The notes under the pieces: generated by a model
What the model was told of the DNA's origin: nothing
The model's database searches: none
The model's input: the letters and a program-made list of their open reading frames with translations, nothing else
Origin: Eledone cirrhosa
Taxonomy: Eukaryota
DNA length: 64,000 nt
Assembly: GCA_964016885.1 (NCBI GenBank)
Contig: OZ024740.1
Coordinates: forward strand, 50,034,001-50,098,000
Direction: 5' to 3'
Position numbers and translations under genes: made by a program
Shown here: in pieces, positions 53,915-64,000 of the stretch
How the letters are laid out: each line of letters starts with the position of its first letter
How positions within the stretch are numbered: the stretch's first letter is position 1

Positions 53915-54645
53915 GAATGTTTATTATTATTGATATTATTATACTACCCTTGCTGATATGTACATCCTGGAACAACTTGTCACTCACATATACATATATA
54001 CACCAGGTCCGAACACAAAAGAAACAAACTCCCAGTGTCCAGATCTCTCACTATTGTGAGCATGTGTGGACCCACGCGCTGGCCGCTATGCGGCCCAGGC
54101 GGACCGAATAGAGAAGGCGTTTCCTCGAAGGGTGGGGAGGTGGACGCACTGGAAGAGCCATTCCAGCTAGCGAGGATCACACCTATGGGTAGCCAACTCT
54201 GTGCCGATGGTGGTGATCCTGGAGGTGGCCCAAGGGCAAAGGACACCAGAAGTCTCCACAGCCACGACTTCGACCGCAAACCTGTCGGAGAGCGACCGAT
54301 ATTTGGAGTGTTTATCCTCCTCAGCCCAAAGTGAAGCAGAGCCTGGCTTAGTCGAAGACTGCCCAAGGTGGCCGCAGGAGAATGTGTCGCTGAATGTGGC
54401 ATCAAAGATAAAGGGTTTACCACCGTCGAACGAGAAGATGGTCAGACCGTCTTGCCTTTTCCCGTCCCCTCGGCTCAGCCCAACCGGCTTAAGCTGGGAA
54501 GGGAAGCCTGCAGCATCCAAGCCATGCTTAATGACCTCATTGAGAGCAGCATAGCGGCAGAACAGTGGGTGGAGGCCGAAAGAGTCTACGGTGGATCTGC
54601 AGCGGCATTTATGTGGTTCACAGATCCGGAGGTCGAGTCTCAAAT
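53915..54645 (-). mobile_element. 3' fragment of a CRE-clade-like non-LTR retrotransposon (zinc finger plus restriction-like endonuclease)
   Basis: CRC...GLHPLFC...ALNEVI...KRQDGLT...DAT...AEEDKHSKY...VAVETSG. Confidence 0.75.
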
Positions 54646-55010
54646 CCGCCAAGGTTAGCTTTGCTTTTCATACTTACGGGTTCGATAAAATAAAATACCA
54701 GTAAGCACTGGGGGCTATTTAATCGAGTTTCCTCTCCCATTCAAATTGCTGGCCTTGTGCCGAAAATAGAAACAATTACTATTATTATTATTGTTGTTAT
54801 ACTGGTTTGGCAGTATCGGTAGAGAGTCAGACACCATGCTTTGCAGCATAGAGTCATGGCCCTTTACGTTCTGAGTTCAAATCCGCCGAGGTTAACTTTG
54901 CCTTTCATCCTTACGGGGTCGATAAATGCTCTGTAATGCACTGGGGTCGATTTAATTGTTTCCGCTCCCCTTCAAATTGCTGGCCTTGTGCCTAAAATAG
55001 AAACAATTTA
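54640..55010 (+). mobile_element. Two tandem family-1 SINEs (a 3' part at 54640-54780 and a full copy at ~54805-55010)
   Basis: Shared core and tail TTGCTGGCCTTGTGCC..AAATAGAAACAATT. More decayed relatives at ~16040, 17050, 20240 and 55497. Confidence 0.75.
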
Positions 55011-56003
55011 TTAGGAAATATATAATTTGAGAGCCGGATTAGGAAATACATTAGAAATTGAAAGCGAATAAAAGAGGAGGCATATGCCAAATATCTCCAT
55101 ATCCGTTAGATATTGAGTGTTGATTAAACTCTTGCTTCCTTTATTGATCACGATAATTTAGTTTACACATATCTTAAATTGATATCATAAAAGTCAGATT
55201 AAATGTTTTTCTTTACAATGGCGTATCTTGAGAATTATCTCTATAGAGTGATAAACGTCTGAACTGATTATTCACTGTTGAATTATTATTTTGTTGATTT
55301 TATGCACTTATCACATTTGTCTTACATTATTCGGTTATTTTTAGTTCTTTTCATTTTATTTTTTTTCCTGGTGTCTGTCATTAGACTGCGGTCATGCTGG
55401 GCCAACGCCTTAAAAGAATTTAGCCAATTATATTGACCTCACTACATATTTTTCAAGCCTGATATATAATTTATCGATTTCTCACACAACTAATAGGGGC
55501 AGGGAATTGGCAGAGTCGTTAGAACATCGGATAGAGTGCTTTGTGGTATTCAATCCTGCCGAGGTCAACTTTACCTTTCATCCATTCGAGACCAATAAAA
55601 CAGTCCAGTACTGGAGTCGATTCTTTCTCTATATCTCTTTCTCACTTCCTTTCTCTCACTCTCTATCGTTCTCTGGAAGAAATCTGCTGTACTCAGGCTT
55701 GGAGAGGAGATGGGCGCCATGAGGTTTTAAAATGCCCTAGAAACACCGTATGTTAATATGACATCCCTACGACTCCCTGGGGTGTTACGCGTCCATACTA
55801 TAGCACACATCTAATATTGTGCTATTCTGCAGAAGTTTCATCGTCTATATCACTGAGTGATCCCGAGTAGTTCTGGTGTCGCGGTGGAATGAACCGAAAC
55901 ACTTACACAGTTACTTCTCCGACTGATGAACCATTTATTCCTGCATTCCGAGACAGAGTACAGCAACACCCTTAGCACACAGGTGTATTTACCAAGTATC
56001 ATA

Positions 56004-56064
<61 letters not shown>

Positions 56065-56459
56065 TGGTAAGAAACTCTCAGAAGAGCTGGACAGCAGAAG
56101 ATCTTCAGAGAAGAAACCTCCACTCAAGTGAGTGTTTTGGCCCTCGAAGCACAAATAAGATACTGTTTATCAATTGGGTCAAATTTCTAACACATTATTA
56201 ATAATCTAAACCTAGCGCTTTCATCTTTCACGAGACTAATCAAGTCCTTGATCAGTCTCGGAAAAGTGGAGCCGCTAGATTCGAATAATAAATAGCGTTT
56301 TATTATTATATTTTTTCACCCGAGTGGTAAATAGTGTTTTATTAATTCTGACAAGTATACCTTATTAATATATTATTCTGTACACTCAGCCATTTATATC
56401 TATACATACATATGTGTGAGTGAGTATGTGTGTGTTCGTGTGTGTGTGTTTGTTTGAGA

Positions 56460-56714
56460 TGGCACAAGGCATAGTGTTATAATGTTGTAGGTTCGATTCC
56501 AAGACTGGGTGGTGCGTTATGTTCCTGGGCAAAACATTTCATTTCACGTTGCTCTTGAATAATCAAGTGAAAATGAGTACCAGCAGTAACCGGGGGTTAA
56601 CCTAGCGATGGACTGGTATCCTGTCCAGGGAATTTTATACTCTCAGTCACCTAACGCCGATGAAACTGAGATAATCACCGGCCTGATGAGCCTCCAGGCT
56701 TGGGACAGACTTTA

Positions 56715-56715
<1 letters not shown>
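56460..56715 (+). mobile_element. tRNA-derived SINE, family 2
   Basis: GGTTCGATTCC B box and GATGGACTGGTATCCTGTCCAGGG; tail shared with 14811-15070. Confidence 0.6.
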
Positions 56716-56748
<33 letters not shown>

Positions 56749-56929
56749 ATATAACTATATATATATTTTATATCGCATTTTGTGATCAATAACGTCGTTG
56801 TTTACAGGCTTCCAACAGGTCAATCATTTATTTACTGTATTTACGATGATGACGTCGCCGTGCAACTCGAGCGTCGGTTTTCTTGTAGTTGTTTACAAAT
56901 TTTCGTTTATTACAAATGTGTTGCTTTGT

Positions 56930-57370
56930 ATCAATACTGATTTCACACGTCGCTTCCATTCGCCATTGCCATTCATAACAGTCTTGAGCTCCTCTGTTGT
57001 CTCCATCTCTGTGTCTTCTAGCAAAGTGTCCACCTAGGTGATTTTTCTCCTTCCTCTACAGGTTCTTCCCTCAGTAGGTCAGCAGAGCATTAACTTGATT
57101 TCCACTTCAAAGCTACGCAATTAAATATTCCAAGGTGTTTTTTCCATTACTTACCAATTCTGTTTATCCCGCATCCTAACCTTTCACCAATATTGGTTTA
57201 TATATACAGGTATAAGGGCAGATATTTTCATCCATTGTTTTCCAGCTGCGTTCTCATCCACAAGATCTTTCGCAAAACTTCGGAACCTAATGGGACCAAG
57301 GAACTCAAGTCAGCTCTGGCAGTCATGGTCGATGATAGCCTCATTGTCCCCCAGTATGCAGGTTACCAAT
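56930..57370 (-). mobile_element. Decayed RTE-like LINE 3' region
   Basis: PTEGRTCRGRRKIT*VDTLLEDT...ELKTVM...EWK resembles RTE/RTEX C-termini. Confidence 0.4.
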
Positions 57371-57399
57371 GCAACTGGATTGAATCATCCCTAGACTAA

Positions 57400-57815
57400 C
57401 ACCTCGTTGCCAGTCTTCGGTCTTCCTTTCAGTCAAAGAGCGGTGTGTGGCTTAAATTGGTGCCCTCTTTATCAACCGATACCCATCTTTTTTAATGAGC
57501 CCCCCCCCCCCACATCTGATTATTCCTGCACCTTGATCTCCACGTGTGTGATCCACACAAGTGACATTGTGAAGCCACGGTCGATGAGTTTGGACTGCAC
57601 CCGCTCTTTTGTTGCCAAAGTGCAGTTCCATTCCCTAGACACACCGCCTTGAACGACGTCATCAGAAGGAACCTTGAGGCGGTGGTTCCCCATTATAGCT
57701 GAAACATGTCGGCATCGATAGCAGTAACAGTAAGCGTTTAGATGGGATAACCCTTTTCCCTTTCGAGAGTGGTACATCATTAATATAGGGTGATTCATGT
57801 TATGACACGCTCTCC
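57400..57815 (+). mobile_element. Second, more decayed CRE-like fragment
   Basis: [22 protein letters not shown]...ALNDVIRR...KRLDGITLFPF, homologous to 54167-54645. Confidence 0.65.
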
Positions 57816-58178
57816 GGTTCCAACTTCAAGACCTCCGGTTTCCTCGCTCCCCACGCTACCGTTTTCCTCCGCAAAATCGGGATGAGTGTACCTCGCCTAA
57901 TAACGGGCCCCCTTTAGATAAAATGGCTGATGCAGTGAGTGACGCTGGCTGTTCTCCAATGCAATACTTTCTCTATGTTGCCTTTGGGGCGCATATTAGA
58001 TGTACCACCTATCCAAGGGTGAAGAGTTTGCCCCATTTCTTTCTCCTTTCCTCTTTTTTATATTTATTTTTTCCACCCTTCTTTTTCTCTTTTTCCCTTT
58101 TTGTTTATTATTTTATTTTTTAATACTTACATTATTGTATACCATAAACATGTTAATAAATTCATTAATCTATCTCTA

Positions 58179-58263
<85 letters not shown>

Positions 58264-58350
58264 TGTGTGTGTGAGAGTTGTTGATTTGCTTGATTCTTTG
58301 TTTTTAGATAACATTTTGTTTACTATTGTTGTTTCTCTCCTTCTCTTTAG

Positions 58351-59030
58351 GTTATGGAAATATTGCACCAAAAACAGTTTATGGTCGTCTAGCTACGATT
58401 GCATATGCGGTGTTCGGCATCCCACTAACGCTATTATGCCTCGCCAATCTGGGTAATCTACTTGCAAGTTGCTTTCGTGTCTTCTACTACCAAGTACTCT
58501 GCTGTCAATGGTGTAAGAAGAGTAAAACAAAAAATAGAACACCAGCAATTCGTTCTGAAGTGACTCCAACTTACGTACAATCAGGAAATCGAAACATGGA
58601 AAAAAGTGAATCTGTCAACAGTAACTTTATAGACGGCAGTAATGTAGCTCCTAGAGATACAGTAGTCTATTCCATTGATGATCATTCTGAAAACGTTACC
58701 AGAAATATACCAGTGATTGTGACCCTTTTAATAATGACTGGATATATATTCTGTGGCACTTTATTGTTTACAATGTGGGAGAAAGACTGGGATTATGTAG
58801 AAGGTACTTACTTTTGTTTCATAACTCTCAGTACCATAGGATTTGGTGATTTCGTGCCAGGCGCAAGTCTAGATAAGTGGCACAACCAAACTAAGCAGAT
58901 AATCTGTTCCCTTTACTTACTTTTTGGACTGGCTCTAGTTGCCATGTGTTTTGAACTGATGCAGAATCAAGTTCGTGAAACTTTCACAAAACTTGGAAAA
59001 AGGTTGGGTATTATAAAATCAAGATTGTAA
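58351..59030 (+). CDS. K2P channel coding exon 3 (GYG filter, M2, loop, M3, P2 with GFG, M4, stop)
   Basis: Polypyrimidine acceptor ctccttctctttAG. The splice completes TIG|YGNIAPKT; second pore is YFCFITLSTIGFGDFVPG; stop TAA ends at 59030. Spliced CDS is 1224 nt = 407 aa plus stop. Confidence 0.95.
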
Positions 59031-60052
59031 ACAAGTTAAATGAGAGAATAATGAAATAAGAGAATAAGTGTTTGATGTAGTCAGAATATTTATCCTCATT
59101 CCAGCTTACGATCTCGTAACTTCCACATAAAGTGTTATATTTTGAATTCTTATTGCTACATCACTTGGTACGGTCGTGGTGAATACTGATATAAATTGCA
59201 TGTTTTCAATAAATTTGAAAAAAAGATATGCTATGAATAGTAAATATTTATATTTTACAAAATGCATACATTCATCAAATCCAATCAGATTTTGTGTAAA
59301 ATCCAAGTCGGTTTCTCATTTTACATGTTCTGCTCGAGTGGCATTCGAGATCGATCGATTGCTTATTGAACCTTTAATGAAACTTTTCAAATTTATTAGT
59401 ATAGTGTGCCATAATACATTACATCATTCAGGCACTACAAGAAAAATACCTAGTGTAGGTTAGCCTATTGGAGATCAGCTCTCTCCTTCCACCAATCTCT
59501 CGCTCTCTAGCTATCTACCTATTTAGCTAGTTAGCTGTCTATCTCTACAAGTGGCATTCATAGAATGTCTTGAACTCAATATCCATAGTTAGCTAACGAA
59601 GCATTTCAACAAAAGATGCTGTGCTCTAGTTACTTAATGGAGGTAAGTTGTAGTTCTTGTCGAACTTATTTACAATTTGGTGAATGTGTCAGTGAAAGTT
59701 ACTTGTCTTTCTTAGAAATAATTTACAGTCTCAGTGTCGAGATACGACCCGTTGAAACCTCCTCTCTCAGTTGGTAATCAGACAGTCTCTAATTCAAATG
59801 GAAAAAATAATTAAACATCTACCAGTGACAATGCAAGCTATAATAATCATGCATTATGTAAATTGTAATAATCTAAACGATACTAAAACATTTTTTGTCG
59901 TTTCTTTTCAACCAAGTCTGGTGAAGTTATAGTGATAGATTAAAACATAGATCTTAAATACACATTTTGATTATATTTACAAACAAGAAAATATATCGAT
60001 TTTTTTTTATTAGAAGAGCTAGACAAGATGGTGACAACAATTGTGCGCGCGC

Positions 60053-60088
<36 letters not shown>

Positions 60089-60137
60089 TTGCGTGTAGAT
60101 AGCATCATATATACATATATATAGAGAGAGAGAAAGA

Positions 60138-60598
<461 letters not shown>

Positions 60599-61578
60599 AT
60601 ATATATATATATATATAGGGAGAGAGAGATTTGAAAAAAAGTAAAATTCAAAGAAAAGAATAATAATATGCTTTAATAATTTCGGATAGTACAACGGAGA
60701 AGTACACTAAGTAACATGATAAAGATAGAGTGTATATTATATCAATGAAATATGTTACAATATTCAATGTATTATCACATATAGAAATAAGAATTTAACT
60801 AATAGTTTCAGAGCTTTGTTTTAAAATGTTAATAGATTCATTTATGAGAAGAGGATTAGGTGATCAAGATAAAGATTTTAATAAAATTTCAATCGTTTAC
60901 TATATAGCTTCGACTTTGGAGACTATGTCAAAAATTTCTTCCATTAATGACAGCTCTAAATAGAGAATATTTAATGTCTTGTAATTGCTTAAAATGTTTC
61001 GATAACAAAATATATTCTCTGTAAAAACTATTTCAATCAAGGTAATTTTAACATGGATTCATATATAACCTGCATGTTAAGAATAAGGTATTACGTCCTC
61101 GTAATGGACTCCTCCTGAAAGTGTTACAGTTTAAAGATACAGAGGCCAACTTCTGTTGGAAGAAAACAGTTTTATTATTAGCCTGCATATTCTAAAAACA
61201 TTGATTCTAAAGTCTGTTATTTTTTATTTTGTTGTTGTCGTCGTTGTTGCTATTGTCCAACATATTGATTCGCCATTCCAAACACTATTGCTAATGTCTT
61301 CTTTTATTCAAGTCACTACTGTGACGTGTACAGAATTTTATAAAATGAAATATGTAAATGATTAAATCTGGATATAACATTGTTTTCTCTCTTTAATCAT
61401 TGAAAATAATTTAATAAAATACGTAAATGTATTTATTCTGTTCTATCATAACTGTCTCTTTACTGTTGGAATCAATGATATATATATATATGTAAAAGGT
61501 AAACAGAAATAACAACACAATCGGTACAGTATATAGAAGGAATATATTAGGTTAACGCTTGATATAGCAGGAAGAGGG

Positions 61579-61614
61579 TCTTAACGTTTCGGACGTTAGT
61601 CCTTCATCAGAAGA
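61579..61614 (-). ncRNA. Second copy of the same minimal hammerhead (repeat 61491-61672)
   Basis: Core identical to 1401-1436; the surrounding ~180 bp is nearly identical to 1317-1495. Confidence 0.65.
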
Positions 61615-61718
61615 AAGAATGAGAAATAAGATAGATTGAGGGGCGGGCGGGATGGAATTGGAAAAAAATGTCTTTTTACTTTTCTACATTCGATATATAT
61701 AGTTATATATATATATAT

Positions 61719-61927
61719 GAAAAGAGTTAGGACCCCGACGGCTGAGCTCCGGCCGTTTCGACAGCTAGATCCTAGTTCGGATCTGAGTTCGCATCTAGCT
61801 GTCGAAACGGCCGGAGCTCAGCCGTCGGGGTCCTGACTCTTTTCCTACTACCCACTCTACTACCCTAAGTATCGAGTACTCTGGTGCGTTATGGTCCACC
61901 TGCTTTATTACCACACTTTCTTTGTTA
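61719..61927 (+). mobile_element. Penelope-like terminal fragment with a 52-bp-arm hairpin; related partial copy at 62600-62707
   Basis: 61719-61770 is the reverse complement of 61793-61844 (one mismatch). Contains GAAAC-GGC..GCC-GTC, the 3' half of a hammerhead. Flanked by (TA)n. Confidence 0.55.
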
Positions 61928-61944
61928 TATATATATATATATAA

Positions 61945-62335
61945 GTGATGGACTCTCCTGTCGATTTCGATGTATGGGGATCAAAACAACCTATTCAGTT
62001 TATTCAGTTTGAATGTTTATGTCCAGTATGACATTTTAGTCCTGTCAAGGATTTACAAGCAAGTCCACAGATCATGCAAAGGTGAGAATTACTGCACAAT
62101 GTTGCTGGTATGTTTGTTAATACTTTTGTCCTCCTTCTTGCTTCTTATAGCCGATGGTTACAACTGGATTCCTGATCCCATTATAACATCCAGAACTCCA
62201 GTCCTTCCGTTCCAAGACCACTTCTTCAAATGTCTCATAAGGAGAAGTATATTGCTTGTTGAAAGATTATTCTTCAGCTTGTCTTCGTATCTGAACCATA
62301 GTCGTTCAACATTTCTATATCAAGCTGGCTGTATA
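61945..62335 (-). mobile_element. RTE (BovB-like) LINE 3' end
   Basis: [10 protein letters not shown]...ERKDW...CMICGLACKSLTGLKCH, the C-terminal C2H2-like pattern. Confidence 0.55.
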
Positions 62336-62344
62336 TGAGGACAA

Positions 62345-63427
<1,083 letters not shown>

Positions 63428-63858
63428 AGAGTCAATGGCCATCCAAAATCACCGGGAGAGATGACCCCTTAGCCTTTGTCAAGGCAGAATTCTAGGAGAA
63501 GGAAAACTCTGATATAACACCTGCATGATGTTGACTTGTTCTTCTTTTTGGTAAATATCATCTTGGTTAAAAGAGTGGGACTGGCTTTGTGCAGTGCCTT
63601 TGCTTACTATAAAAGCTTCACGGCACAGGCATTGCTTTATATCTGGAGATCTCTCTGCACTTGTCGTCACATGGTACCATGGGCCCAGCTCTATGTGTCA
63701 ATAATTGTCACAAGTGTTGTGTTTGTACCAGAGTTTTCGAGTCGCTGGTTGGTCTAAAAAGTCACACTCGTTCAGCGGATCGGTAGGGGTTCTCCTACAT
63801 GGATATAAAGTAATGGCTGTACTCGAAAACGACTTGGCAGCCACCATATATATATGTA

Positions 63859-63928
<70 letters not shown>

Positions 63929-64000
63929 TAAACGGAATAGAAAATGCTGACAAATTGTTCACAGTTGAAAAATATTTTAATTAGGAATAAAAGAGTATTA

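Noticed and set aside
58326-58350. ORF-track start for the 234-aa channel ORF (likewise 50479 for exon 2)
   Set aside because: These are not real starts; the coding segments begin at splice acceptors 58351 and 50286.

Overview
Eukaryotic (animal) genomic DNA, AT-rich and dense in microsatellites and SINEs; the repeat families suggest an octopus or other coleoid cephalopod (inference). The only host protein-coding gene I can support is a three-coding-exon two-pore-domain (K2P/TWIK-family) potassium channel on the + strand (26985-27301, 50286-50512, 58351-59030; 407 aa after splicing; GT-AG introns with matching phases). Its 23-kb first intron is mostly a ~20-kb array of a 24-bp minisatellite. 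The array shows higher-order duplications, a local inverted copy and a clean 517-bp non-autonomous Helitron insertion, and one of its monomer variants resembles fused Helitron termini. Upstream, four Tx1/L1-clade retrotransposon copies (one full-length but frameshifted) are stacked head-to-tail, each bounded by (GATA)n, which suggests microsatellite-targeted insertion. Short Penelope-like terminal fragments beside (TA)n/(GT)n tracts carry at least four different minimal hammerhead ribozyme motifs, including a U3-A8 covariant. The rest is decayed LINEs (R4-, RTE-, CRE- and CR1-like), a Tc1/mariner remnant, tRNA-derived SINEs and simple repeats. All calls come from reading the sequence; no searches were run, and repeat boundaries are approximate.
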